NCBI GenBank assembly: GCA_963745035.1
Contig: CAVUVW010000014.1
Coordinates: 800,001 to 864,000 of the forward strand
Source of the DNA: an uncultured delta proteobacterium
GTDB lineage: Bacteria; Desulfobacterota; Binatia; UBA9968
Length of the DNA stretch: 64,000 nucleotides
Direction of reading: 5' to 3'
Shown: one piece after another, positions 19,475-29,555 of the stretch
Numbering within the stretch: the stretch's first letter is position 1
Layout of the letters: each line of letters begins with the position of its first letter
The notes under the pieces: model-generated
Databases searched by the model: none
What the model saw: the letters and a program-made list of their open reading frames with translations, nothing else
Told to the model about the DNA's origin: nothing
Program-made: the position numbers and the translations under genes

Positions 19475-20344
19475 TCACTCCTTCGCCGGAGCCCGATGTT
19501 TTGCCAGGTAGGTCTCCCAATCGACAAATCCATGCTGCATGCCGCCGTCGACATCCAGCGCTACACCGGTAATCATCTTCGCCCAGTCCGAAGCCAAAAA
19601 GACGATCGCCTTGGCTTGGTCTTCGGGGCAAGCGAAACGCCCCAAAGGAACTCGCGGCAAGCGGCCATCCCTTTGATCTTTTTCCGGATCCGGCTCATGA
19701 GTCGGCCCCGGAACAACGGCATTCACATTGATGTTGAAAAAACCGGCTTCATACGCCAGCTGCTTCGTAAATGTAATAATCCCAGCTTTTGCCACGGAGT
19801 AGTCGGCGCCGGAGACGGCAATCGTTCGAGCTGCAAACGAACTTATCAGGACTATCTGGCCGTTTCTTTGCCGCTTCATCACGGGCAAGATGACGCGCGC
19901 GCCGATAAACGCGCTCGTCAGGTTTCGCTCCATGTTCGATTTCCAGAGATCGAGAGGAATCTCCTCGATGAGCGTTCGTCCCTTATGCCCGCCTACGATG
20001 TGCGCCCAAACATCGATGCGGCTGTATTTCTCCAATATTTCCTTCACGGTCTTATCGAGTTGATTTTCATTCAACGCATCGACCTGCCATGCCGACGCGG
20101 CCTCCTCCCCGGACGCGTTGATCGACTTCGCCGTTTCGTTGGCTGCTTCCCTGTTGATATCCAGAACCGCTACTTTTGCGCCGAGCTTGGCGAACAGCAT
20201 CGAGGTCGCGCGCCCGATACCGTTGTTCGCGCCGCCCCCACCGACGACCGCCACGACCTTGCCTTCCAAACCGAAAGATCCCACCGCTTCATATTTGTCC
20301 ATCGTTCGTACTCCGGCTGCTTCTACGATCTGGCCTTCAGCCAA
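19475..20344 (-). CDS. SDR family oxidoreductase
   Basis: Gly-rich GGGG..GIG, YSVAK, VNAVVPG, VDGG; start may be the internal Met (MDKYE). Confidence 0.9.
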   Translation of the reverse strand: MAEGQIVEAAGVRTMDKYEAVGSFGLEGKVVAVVGGGGANNGIGRATSMLFAKLGAKVAVLDINREAANETAKSINASGEEAASAWQVDALNENQLDKTVKEILEKYSRIDVWAHIVGGHKGRTLIEEIPLDLWKSNMERNLTSAFIGARVILPVMKRQRNGQIVLISSFAARTIAVSGADYSVAKAGIITFTKQLAYEAGFFNINVNAVVPGPTHEPDPEKDQRDGRLPRVPLGRFACPEDQAKAIVFLASDWAKMITGVALDVDGGMQHGFVDWETYLAKHRAPAKE

Positions 20345-20362
20345 ATACGCTCCTCTTTTCCT

Positions 20363-22039
20363 CTAAACCTTGCGTGTGCGATCCTGGCCCGCCGAGGGTG
20401 CGACCGCTTCTTTGCTCACGACGACATCGACTAAGGCAGGCATATTTGAGACTAACGCATCCCTGACGGCATCCTTGATATCGTGGCTGTCTTTAACACG
20501 CGCTCCGTGCGCTCCGAACCCCTTCGCAATAGCGGCGAAATTAGTGTCGCTGAAGTCGAGCACCTCCGAAACCACGCGCCCTCCCTTCAGGCGTTTTTCG
20601 GTGTGGTATTCAGAGGCCAAACAACTGTTGTTGAGCACGATGATGACTACCGGTACGTTGCAGCGGAGAGCGGTTTCCAGCTCCCCGATATGATAGAGGA
20701 TGCCGCCGTCGCCCGACACCGCCACGCACCGATGCCCCGGCCGTGCTAACGCCGCGCCCATTACACCGGGAACTACCCAGCCAAGCGAACCGTTGGCGCG
20801 AACCATCGTCTTGCCTGCTTTTACCGGAAAGAGGGATCCTACCCATGACCCGATGGCGCCGGTGTCGGCGCCAATAAGATCGTCCGGCGCCATGATCTCA
20901 CGCAGGCGTGCCACAACTTCGGCGGGATGAATGCCATCCTCGAGCTTTTGTTCACCCATGGAGCTCGCGTTTTTCCGCCATACAGCGACGTTGGCTGCAA
21001 CCTGCTCCGCCCAGGGCGTGCGCTTCCGGTTTAGTTTCCCGGACTCAATCGCAGCGAGCCCGCTATCCAACGCCAATTTAGCGTCAGCGACCACGGTCAA
21101 TGCGGCGCGGAAATTGTGGCCGAGAATCTCGTGATTCGTGTCGATCTGAATGAGCGGTTTCTTGTCGAACGGCAACGTCCAACGGTGGGTTGCTAAACCG
21201 CCGAGCCGCGTGCCGATGGCGAGTATCAGATCGGCTTCTCGCACGGTGTCATTGCCGACCTTGCGCGAGTTGCGGCCGATGGTGCCAACGGACAATTCGT
21301 GGTCTTCGGAGATCGCGCCCTTCCCGCCAAGAGAAGTTGCCACCGGCACGCTTAGCGCCTCCGCGAACCGCGTCAGCTCGTCCCACGCCTCCGAGTAAAC
21401 GACGCCCTTGCCGGCCACGATCAACGGCCGCTTTGCTTTGAGCAACTCGTCGACGACGGCGCGCATTGCGCCGGAAGGCGGCGGGATCCGCCTCGAGGTA
21501 ACGCTACCGAGATTTTCCTCCCGGTAGGCCATTTCCGATCCCGCATCCGCGCTAAACATTTCCGCCGGGATCTCGAGATGCACCGGACGCGGCGACGGGC
21601 CGGCCGCCACGCGTATGGCGGCACGCACCATCGCCGCCGCGCGCTCGGGCACCGATACGGTCTTGTTCCAATCGGCAACCGCATTGTGCATCTTCAACCC
21701 ATCGAGTTCCTGATACTCATAGCGATCCCGAGAAGGCATGCCGATGGAGCTCGTAAACGAGATCAAAGGGCTGCCCGCCCAGAGCGGATCCGCCATGGCT
21801 CCAGCGACATTTCCGACACCGGGCCCGCGCTGTCCGTAAACGAAACCAGGCTTTCCTGAAACCCGCGCGTAGCCGTCGGCCATATAGACGGCGCCCGCCT
21901 CGCTGCGGCAGTTGATGATGCGGATGCCCGCGTCATGAAGGGCATACCAAAGCTCGTGGTCGCCTCCCATGAAGCAGAAAAACAATTTTGTTTCGTACTC
22001 CACCAGCGTGCGCGCGACGATTTCCGCAACGGTTGCCAT
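20363..22039 (-). CDS. Thiamine diphosphate-dependent enzyme (acetolactate synthase-like)
   Basis: RSEAGAVYMADGYAR, GPG..N, YQELD, SGDGG...ETA..LNN ThDP motif. Confidence 0.92.
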   Translation of the reverse strand: MATVAEIVARTLVEYETKLFFCFMGGDHELWYALHDAGIRIINCRSEAGAVYMADGYARVSGKPGFVYGQRGPGVGNVAGAMADPLWAGSPLISFTSSIGMPSRDRYEYQELDGLKMHNAVADWNKTVSVPERAAAMVRAAIRVAAGPSPRPVHLEIPAEMFSADAGSEMAYREENLGSVTSRRIPPPSGAMRAVVDELLKAKRPLIVAGKGVVYSEAWDELTRFAEALSVPVATSLGGKGAISEDHELSVGTIGRNSRKVGNDTVREADLILAIGTRLGGLATHRWTLPFDKKPLIQIDTNHEILGHNFRAALTVVADAKLALDSGLAAIESGKLNRKRTPWAEQVAANVAVWRKNASSMGEQKLEDGIHPAEVVARLREIMAPDDLIGADTGAIGSWVGSLFPVKAGKTMVRANGSLGWVVPGVMGAALARPGHRCVAVSGDGGILYHIGELETALRCNVPVVIIVLNNSCLASEYHTEKRLKGGRVVSEVLDFSDTNFAAIAKGFGAHGARVKDSHDIKDAVRDALVSNMPALVDVVVSKEAVAPSAGQDRTRKV

Positions 22040-22092
22040 TTGATCCTCCGCGTCGAAGCTAGTGCTCCCTGCAACGGTTTCGTTGGCCTCTT

Positions 22093-23050
22093 CTATTCAC
22101 GCCGGAAGCTCATCGCCTCTTTCAAAGCCTCCTCGCCGCCAAGACCGAGGCCGAGCCCGTAGTGCTTGTCGGACGCCACCGCCTCCGGATAGAAGCTGGC
22201 GAGATCCCTTTCGGGATAGTTTTGCAGAACCCAATCGGCGATCTGCTCGCGCGTCGTGATCCACACGTTGCTCTTGCTTTTCACGTGGCGAATCACATCC
22301 TCGAGCGGTCTTGGTGCGAAAACCATGGGCCAGGACGGGATGCGTGCCATAGGCGAGCATCTTCGGAAATCCGCGCTTGCCCTCGTCGTAGAGCGCATCG
22401 AAATAGTCGCGCCACATCTCGACGATCTCGCGCACATTCATGCCGCGGCCGGAGTTGGTGTCCGACACCGCATAACTTGTCATCCCGACCAGCTTCTTGT
22501 CGTTGACCCGAATGATGAACGGGACCTCGGCGTTGCGCATGCCGCAGGTGTATTTGAACCCTTGTTCAACGAGTATGGAGAACGTTTCCGGCGTAAGATG
22601 CCCGCCGGGGGAGCTGAAACCCGAGGCCTTTTTGCCAAGCACCGTTTCAAACGCCTTGTTGGCGCGGGCGATGCCATCGGCTTGCTCCTGTGCCGTCATT
22701 TCATTCAGAAATTCATGATCCCAGCCTTGCACGAGAAACTCATGCCCTTTCGCCGCGACTTCACGGGATAGCTCCGGAAACAAAGTCACATTCAGGCCGT
22801 CGGCATAGGTACTGGTGCGAATTTCGTATCGTTGCCACAGATCGAGGAGCCGCTGCATACCACCGGTCTCCGCGAAAGCGGTCTCATAGACCGGGCGCAT
22901 GATGCGTGCGTATTTTGCCGACGACGAAGCTTTACCCGAGAGGCCATGACCCTTGGCTGTGCCCAAAGTCTTCGGAGGAATCTCCCAGGACATGTTGAAC
23001 ACGACGGCGATATACGCTCCGTTGGGCCACTCGAACTTTCCTTTGTACAT
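22093..23050 (-). CDS. Polysaccharide deacetylase family (PuuE-like) protein (frameshift near 22320)
   Basis: FEWPNGA.IAV, GMQRLLDL, GHE, FDALYDEG, THP; continues in another frame as VWITTREQIADW. Confidence 0.8.
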
Positions 23051-23477
23051 GTTACAACTCCTTTTTTGATCGCGTTGCCATTTTTTCCATGTCTCACAAC
23101 TCGCCTGGTTTAGTGAAAAGCCTCCTGACAATAATGATCCCGGAAATCTCCAGCCAGGGCACCTTCAATGTTAAACGAGCAGGCCGAACGGGGCGTGCCG
23201 CACCGCGACCACCGTGGCCGAGGCGAGACGACGAAAAAATAAGATAAAAACTACAGACTGTGCGGCATGAGCTGGCATTTATCGCCAACGGAATGAGAAT
23301 GCAAGCAAACAATTATTTCCGCACCGGAAAGCTTTGCCTCGTGTCGAAAAATGGTGTCGGAATAGTGAAAAGGTGAGAGTGAAAATGGTATCGGATAGTA
23401 TGAAAGAGGAACCAACAGCGAAATCGAGCCCCAGCTCAGAGCAGAGAGGCAAAGACAGAAAGCAAAGGGCAAAAGAC

Positions 23478-24023
23478 ATGAAAGCAAAACACCGTGAAGA
23501 ACTACTCAAAACATTGCAGGCCCGTTTTGAGAAACACATGAACCGCCATCAAGGTCTTGAATGGGCTAAGGTACAAGCAAAGCTGGAAGCTAATACTGAA
23601 AAACTGTGGTCACTCAATGAAATGGAAAGTACCGGCGGCGAGCCGGATGTTGTTGGTCATGATAAAAAGACAGGCGAATACATTTTTTATGATTGTTCAG
23701 CGGAAAGTCCTAAAGGCCGCAGAAGTGTTTGTTACGACCGTAAAGCGCTGGAGTCAAGGAAAGAACATAAACCGAAAAATAGCGCAATTGATATGGCCGC
23801 TGCCATGGGCATTGAGCTTTTAACGGAAGAACAATACCGGGAGCTGCAGAAACTTGGAAATTTCGATACCAAAACATCGAGCTGGATAGTAACACCTGCT
23901 GATATCAGAAACCTCGGTGGCGCCCTCTTTGCCGATTACCGCTACGGCAATGTCTTCGTGTATCACAACGGTGCAGAATCCTACTATGCCGCCAGGGGAT
24001 TCCGTGGCTCGGTAAGGATCTAA
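23478..24023 (+). CDS. DUF4256 domain protein
   Basis: LQARFEKHMNRH, EMESTGGEPDVV, DCSAESPKGRRSVCYD, YHNGAESYYAARGFRG. Confidence 0.85.
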   Translation: MKAKHREELLKTLQARFEKHMNRHQGLEWAKVQAKLEANTEKLWSLNEMESTGGEPDVVGHDKKTGEYIFYDCSAESPKGRRSVCYDRKALESRKEHKPKNSAIDMAAAMGIELLTEEQYRELQKLGNFDTKTSSWIVTPADIRNLGGALFADYRYGNVFVYHNGAESYYAARGFRGSVRI

Positions 24024-24043
24024 ATTTTGCACAGGCAACTAAA

Positions 24044-24220
24044 TTGGTGGCAGCGCTGAGTGACATGCCAAATACAACCAGCGACAAAATGACAGTTAGT
24101 TCTTTTCCTCAGAGGCAGCTTTTCGGCCGAAAACTGAACCAAGCGCTTAACGATGCCGTTTTTGCTACGCTTAGCTTGCGAAATCAAGAAGCGCCCTGGT
24201 CCGAACCCCGGTCAAGGTTG
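24044..24220 (-). mobile_element. RAYT remnant: 5' flank plus about 20 degenerate codons
   Basis: Aligns throughout with 26655-26842 and 29624-29800 (tgccaaatacaaccagcga, ttttcctcagaggcagct, aagcgcttaa, ctggtccga). Confidence 0.85.
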
Positions 24221-24434
24221 AAAATCACCTGGCGCCGATTGCCCCGGCAATCACCTGATAAAACGCGCCCGCATATTCCACTCTCGGTTTCGCCCATCAT
24301 CGCCCTGTAACAACCGTCCGGTTCAATAAATCAATACGAAAGCCTGACCGGGATTTTCCCGCTAGGCAACTTCCATCGATGGGTGATAGGTTCGAGTCGT
24401 TCCAGCTCACAATCCGTGAAAGGAGGACAAGCAC

Positions 24435-25436
24435 ATGCAAAGTGGTAATGATCGAAGAGATTTTCTCAAGAAGAGTCTTTTCTTCGCGGGCGCCGCGGGG
24501 CTGATGAGCTCGGGATTGGGCCCGCTCGCGGCGCTGGCGCAGACGATCGGCAAGCCCATGCGGAGGGCGGATCGCTATGAAGATACCTATATCTTCGAGC
24601 GCAAGCCGTTTAAGTGGCCGAGGAATAAAACCCTGGCGGTTTGGATCGCGCCCAACGTTGAGGTTTGGCACTACGATTTGCCGGGGGGTACGGCGATCTC
24701 TCCCAACGTGGCGAACCGCGTGCCGGACGTGATCAATTATGCCTGGCGCGAGTACGGCATCCGAGTCGGTTTGTGGCGTGTCGCGGATGTGCTGGACGCC
24801 GCGGGGATTAAACCGTCGGTGGCGCTCAACTCGGCTGTGTGCGAGACCTTTCCCAAAGCGATGGACGAAATGAAAAAGCGCGGCTGGGAGTTCATGGGTC
24901 ACGGCACAACCAATAGTGAAAATCTCGCCGGCTTGGCGCCGGAAAAAGAGAAAGAAGTGATCCAACATGTGCTGAAGACCATCGAGCAATCGACCGGCAA
25001 GCGGCCGCGCGGCTGGTTGGGCACCGGGCTGGTACAGACGCACAACACGCTCGACATCCTCGCCGAGGAGGGCGTGACTTATTGCGGCGATTGGAACAAC
25101 GACGACCAACCCTACCCGATGAAAGTAAAAAAGGGCAAGATGATTTCCATTCCTTACTGCATGGAGATCAACGATCTGCCCATGTTCGTGCGTAAAAATT
25201 ATACCGGCGAACAGTACTATCGGTCGGTGATCGATCAGTTCGACGCGCTTTACGCCGATAGCAGAAAGCACTCCCGAGTCATGGGCATCCCTTTACACCC
25301 GATGCTCATCGGCCAGCCGCTCAGAATCAAATACTTGCAGCAGGCGATCGCCTACATGAAAAAACATGAGCGCGTCTGGTTTGCCACCGCCGGCGAGATC
25401 GTCGACGCCTATGAGCACGTGAACCCGATAAGCTAA
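24435..25436 (+). CDS. Tat-exported polysaccharide deacetylase family (PuuE-like) protein
   Basis: RRDFLK Tat motif; WREYGIRVGLWR, EFMGHG, RPRGWLG, NDDQPY, LHP. Confidence 0.88.
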   Translation: MQSGNDRRDFLKKSLFFAGAAGLMSSGLGPLAALAQTIGKPMRRADRYEDTYIFERKPFKWPRNKTLAVWIAPNVEVWHYDLPGGTAISPNVANRVPDVINYAWREYGIRVGLWRVADVLDAAGIKPSVALNSAVCETFPKAMDEMKKRGWEFMGHGTTNSENLAGLAPEKEKEVIQHVLKTIEQSTGKRPRGWLGTGLVQTHNTLDILAEEGVTYCGDWNNDDQPYPMKVKKGKMISIPYCMEINDLPMFVRKNYTGEQYYRSVIDQFDALYADSRKHSRVMGIPLHPMLIGQPLRIKYLQQAIAYMKKHERVWFATAGEIVDAYEHVNPIS

Positions 25437-25452
25437 AACCTTCCCGGTACCG

Positions 25453-25578
25453 CGCAGCTGGAAGAGAAGTTCAACGCCACAGCTAGAAAACTTTATCGGC
25501 GGCTCGTAGAAAAATATCCCGACTCGCCTACGCGAAAAGGCGAAGACTCGTTTGGCCGAGCTGGAGAAAGCGCGTTAG
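25453..25578 (+). pseudogene. TPR-like C-terminal remnant
   Basis: ARKLYRRLVEKYPDSP / AKTRLAELEKAR*, with a frameshift and no start. Confidence 0.45.
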
Positions 25579-25610
25579 ATAATCGGCCGGGGCACCCACA
25601 TGCGGCGCTA

Positions 25611-26468
25611 CTACAAGTTTTTCTGGAAAAAATTTCTTACCCTGCTCTGGTAATCGGGACCCATCTGGCCGTGGGCAAACTCCTCGTTGAACCAAAATTC
25701 AGCGCGTGGATTGTTGACCAGCGCTTGCTGCAACGTCTTGGCTTGGGAAAATGGGACCACCGCATCGGTGGACGAATGAGTGATGAGAATGGGCAGGGTA
25801 GTGTTGCGGATACTTTCTGCCGGTGACACATCTCTTACGTCGATCCCCAGAAAGAGATTAGCCCAGAATCCGATCAGATATGCCATGGGATAATTGAGCA
25901 ACGGCATTCTGAATAGCTGCAAAGCCATTTCTGCAAGACTCGCGTAACTCGATTCTGAAACAACCGCTTTGATCTCGGGAGCTTTGTCGATCGCCATCAA
26001 ACCGACCGCGCCGCCCATGGAAAAACCCCAAACGCCCACTTCTTTTATCCCTCTGCGTTTGAGAAATCGAATGGCCGCCAGGAGATCCTCGACCTCTTTA
26101 GCTCCGGCTGTTGAATAACTACCCTCGCTTTCTCCGAGGTAGCGGAAGTCGAACAAGAGCAGATTAAAATCAGCGTGCAGAAACGCCAGCGCTGGCAAGA
26201 TATTCCCCTTGTCTGCAGGGTAGCCGTGAAGCAGGATCAAGGTCTTGTCCGCCTTTTTTGCGGATGGGATGAACCAGCCGCGCAGCGTGAGTCCGTCCGC
26301 CGTTGTGAACGACACTTGCTCGTGAGGCATGTTTAACTCGCGCGGAGTGATCGAGGAAACGATCTTCGGTGGGCGAATGGAAATATAAAACAGCCAAACG
26401 CTGGCAAGGATCAAAAGTGCCGAGACGATGAGAACAATGCGCAGGATAGCGTTCACCTGTGCGCGCAT
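25611..26468 (-). CDS. Membrane-anchored alpha/beta hydrolase
   Basis: DGLTLRGWFIP, LHGY, FDFRYLGESEG, WGFSMGG, final His (EFAH). Confidence 0.88.
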   Translation of the reverse strand: MRAQVNAILRIVLIVSALLILASVWLFYISIRPPKIVSSITPRELNMPHEQVSFTTADGLTLRGWFIPSAKKADKTLILLHGYPADKGNILPALAFLHADFNLLLFDFRYLGESEGSYSTAGAKEVEDLLAAIRFLKRRGIKEVGVWGFSMGGAVGLMAIDKAPEIKAVVSESSYASLAEMALQLFRMPLLNYPMAYLIGFWANLFLGIDVRDVSPAESIRNTTLPILITHSSTDAVVPFSQAKTLQQALVNNPRAEFWFNEEFAHGQMGPDYQSRVRNFFQKNL

Positions 26469-26514
26469 TTTCCCTCAATCGGGAGGAAGCTGTCAACGTC
26501 GCCTCAACCGTTAT

Positions 26515-26842
26515 GCCGGTCTTAACGAGAAGATGAATGTGGTTGGATGTGACGATGTAATTAAGCACTGAAAGACGAAGCGTTTCTTCGCTTCAAGAAC
26601 CCAGCCCAGGTAAGAGCGGCGGTCCTGCCCAAACTTCAGTAGAAAATTTCTCCGATGACAGCGGTGAGTGATATGCCAAATACAACCAGCGAGAAAATGA
26701 CGGTTAGCTCTCGGCATCGTTTTCCTCAGAGGCAGCTTTTCGGCCCAAAACTGGACGTCTAAGCGCTTAAACGATGCCGTTTTATGCTACCTTAGATTGC
26801 TAAATCAAGAAGTTGCCCTGGTTCGACCCGCAGTCAAGGTTG
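26515..26842 (-). mobile_element. RAYT/Y1 transposase 5' part with upstream flank (truncated, frameshifted)
   Basis: MPRANRHFLAGCIWHITHRCH...LLKF...AKKRF / VLNYIVTSNHIHLLVK with HUH motif; ATG at 26717. Confidence 0.9.
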
Positions 26843-26984
26843 CTGTGTCCTTTCTTCAGGGCTCTTTGCGTCGACTTGCATATTATCGGCTTATCGTAAA
26901 TAAACGGATGGGCTCGGTTAAGAATTCTTAGTCTGAATCAGGCTGCCGCGAACGATTCGATTATAGCGATCAAAAGAGGACACA

Positions 26985-28328
26985 ATGATATCGATGATCG
27001 AAGGAGTTAGTCTTACCAGGGAAGAAAATGAAATCTTGACCCGGGTCGGACCCGGTACTCCCATGGGCAATTTGTTTCGTCGGTATCAGATACCGGTCTT
27101 ACTATCGGCGGAACTCGAACCGGGAGGGCCGCCCAAGCGCGTCCGACTGCTTGGAGAAGACCTGGTCGCATTCAGGAATCAATCCGGAAAAGTGGGCTTA
27201 GTGGGCGAAAGCTGTGCGCACCGCTGCGCCTCACTCTATTTTGGCCGCATTGAGGCCGAAGGAATACGCTGCGTCTATCACGGTTGGAAATACGGCTTCG
27301 ACGGTCAGTGTTTGGAAATGCCAAACGTCTTTCCGGAGCATCAGTTCAAAGAGAAAGTTCATTTGCCGGCTTATCCGTGTATTGAACGCGGCGGTTTCAT
27401 TTGGACCTATATGGGTCCGTCAAAAGAACTTCCGCCTGTTCCTGATTTTGAATTTCTCACGGTGCCTGAGGGGAATCGCTACATCGAGCAGAGAGACTAT
27501 CAAAATTGCAACTATCTCCAGGCTCTCGATGGAGGTATCGACCCCAGCCATGGAGCGTTTCTCCATGGTCCGATTCAGTCCCGTTCCATAAGTGACGACG
27601 AAGCGCTGCTGGGGCATGGGACGGGAATAGGCGCGGATCGTAACGTTGGCGGGACAATGCGCGTTGGGTTTGCCACAGGGCAACGTACGCCAGTCGTCGA
27701 GATGACAGAGACAGAATATGGAGTTGTAGTCGCAGGGAGGCGTAACAGCGGCGCGGACAAATATCTTTGGCGCATCAATCATTTTTTGATGCCGTTCTAT
27801 ACGATACCTCCGTGGATGCCCGATAAGTCTTGCCTCTGCCATATGTGGGTGCCGGTGGACGATGAGCACTGCATCAATTGGCGGCCCAGGTGGCACCCAT
27901 TCAGACCTCTGACCGAGAACGAGCGGGAAGTTTTCGCTTATGAGCACTTGCCGCCGACGCCGGAGGCGTATGGAGACATTCGACTCAGTGCCAATCGGTC
28001 CAATAATTATTTTATGGACTGGGAGATTCACCGCACCCGGAAGTTCGGCATTCCGACGCTCCACTTGGAAGACGTGGCCATCACCGAAAGTCAGGGACCT
28101 ATTTGTGATCGGACGAAGCAGAATTTGACCCACGCTGATATGGCCAGTCTGGCAGTTTACCGTCGGCTCTTAAACGCGGCCAAGGCCTTGCGAGATTCCG
28201 GCAGGATACCCGCAGAACTCCCAGATCCCACGATCTACCGGTGTATCCGTGGCGGATGTATGGACCTGGCCAAGGAAGAGAGCTGGGTGGAACAGATGAA
28301 ACGCCAGCGCATGGGAGCCGCGTCATAG
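26985..28328 (+). CDS. Rieske non-heme iron oxygenase alpha subunit (phthalate 4,5-dioxygenase/LigX-like)
   Basis: LTRVGPGTPMG, CAHR...CVYHGW Rieske motif, GIDPSH.AFLH, EDVAITESQG. Confidence 0.92.
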   Translation: MISMIEGVSLTREENEILTRVGPGTPMGNLFRRYQIPVLLSAELEPGGPPKRVRLLGEDLVAFRNQSGKVGLVGESCAHRCASLYFGRIEAEGIRCVYHGWKYGFDGQCLEMPNVFPEHQFKEKVHLPAYPCIERGGFIWTYMGPSKELPPVPDFEFLTVPEGNRYIEQRDYQNCNYLQALDGGIDPSHGAFLHGPIQSRSISDDEALLGHGTGIGADRNVGGTMRVGFATGQRTPVVEMTETEYGVVVAGRRNSGADKYLWRINHFLMPFYTIPPWMPDKSCLCHMWVPVDDEHCINWRPRWHPFRPLTENEREVFAYEHLPPTPEAYGDIRLSANRSNNYFMDWEIHRTRKFGIPTLHLEDVAITESQGPICDRTKQNLTHADMASLAVYRRLLNAAKALRDSGRIPAELPDPTIYRCIRGGCMDLAKEESWVEQMKRQRMGAAS

Positions 28329-28512
28329 GTGCATCCTCGCTTTAGTGGAGACCGCCGGGAATTTGTTTGCGGGCCTTCGTTCCCCAGAACGTGGAAAGTA
28401 AAACGCTTCTAGTTCCAACCGCGAGAGCCTATCTTCGGTTGAAGCGCAGAGCCCGTAGGATGGCTAGCAACGGATTTGTTCATGCATTGATCGGCTATGG
28501 TTTGAGGAAATT

Positions 28513-29496
28513 ATGAGAAAAACGATTTGGCTTGGAATCTTCGCGATGGGCTTTGGCCTAAGCATATCTTGCAATGCGCTAAGCGGAGAGAAGCTGCGAG
28601 TAGTTTTCCCCATCATGGGGATCGCTTTGAGTCCATCCTGGGTCGCCGTTGAAAAGGGGATGTGGCGCAAGAATGGTCTGGACGTGGAATTGATCTTATT
28701 GACCGGCGGCGGACGGGTAGTTCCGGCCCTGGTGAGCGGTAGCGCGCAGGTTCTCCTTGCCGCGGATACCGGAGTTATCATGGCGATTCATCAAGGAATG
28801 GATCTCGTCAGGCTCGGTGTGACAACAAACTCATTGCCGTCGTCGTTGTTCACCGTTCCCGACATTCAGTCGGTGCGAGACCTCAAAGGGAAAGTGCTGG
28901 GCATCTCTCGAGGAAGGGATGCCAGTTACGTTCGCTTAACGAAGTTGCTCCGCGATCATGGAGTCAATTCGAGCGACGATGTGAAGTTCCTAACTATTGG
29001 AGAGGGACAAGCGGCAAGGGTGTCCGCTTTAAAAGCGCGAATCATTCATGGAACCGTGCTTTCGCCGCCGTTCGACCTAGCGGCAAGCAAGGAAGGTCTA
29101 AAAATGCTTGCAAAGCTCGACATCCCCACGACAGGTGGAACGATCACCACGACAACGAGCTTCTTGAAAGCAAATCGGGGCATTCTCGTCAATTTTCTCA
29201 AAGGCTACATCGAAGGAGTGCATTTTTTGTTAAGGAATAAGGACGAAAGCATGAAGGTGCTTTCGAAGTACTTGAGAAATCCCGACATGACCACGATGGG
29301 CTATTTTTACGAGCAGGTTTCTCAACGCGCGGAGAGGGACCTGCGACCGAACGCAGAGTCGGTCCGTTTTGTTAACGACCTCGTCGCTATGGACGACCCT
29401 AAAGCCAAACGTCTTTCCGATAAGGACTATTGGGACCTAAGCCTCCTCGAGGAAATCCAGCAGTCGGGATTTATCGATCGGCTTTATAAAGAATAG
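28513..29496 (+). CDS. SsuA/NMT1-type ABC substrate-binding protein
   Basis: Signal peptide, GLDVELI, DLKGKVLGI, FLKGYIEG. Confidence 0.85.
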   Translation: MRKTIWLGIFAMGFGLSISCNALSGEKLRVVFPIMGIALSPSWVAVEKGMWRKNGLDVELILLTGGGRVVPALVSGSAQVLLAADTGVIMAIHQGMDLVRLGVTTNSLPSSLFTVPDIQSVRDLKGKVLGISRGRDASYVRLTKLLRDHGVNSSDDVKFLTIGEGQAARVSALKARIIHGTVLSPPFDLAASKEGLKMLAKLDIPTTGGTITTTTSFLKANRGILVNFLKGYIEGVHFLLRNKDESMKVLSKYLRNPDMTTMGYFYEQVSQRAERDLRPNAESVRFVNDLVAMDDPKAKRLSDKDYWDLSLLEEIQQSGFIDRLYKE

Positions 29497-29555
29497 TGAG
29501 CCGAGCTGTTGCCAGCGGATCACGGGCGTGATCGCCTCAGCGTATCGACGCAAGT

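Noticed and set aside
19418-20434. Long antisense ORFs (also 31807-32847, 33454-34359, 40993-41976, 60488-61594)
   Set aside because: Typical shadow ORFs opposite well-supported genes in GC-rich DNA.
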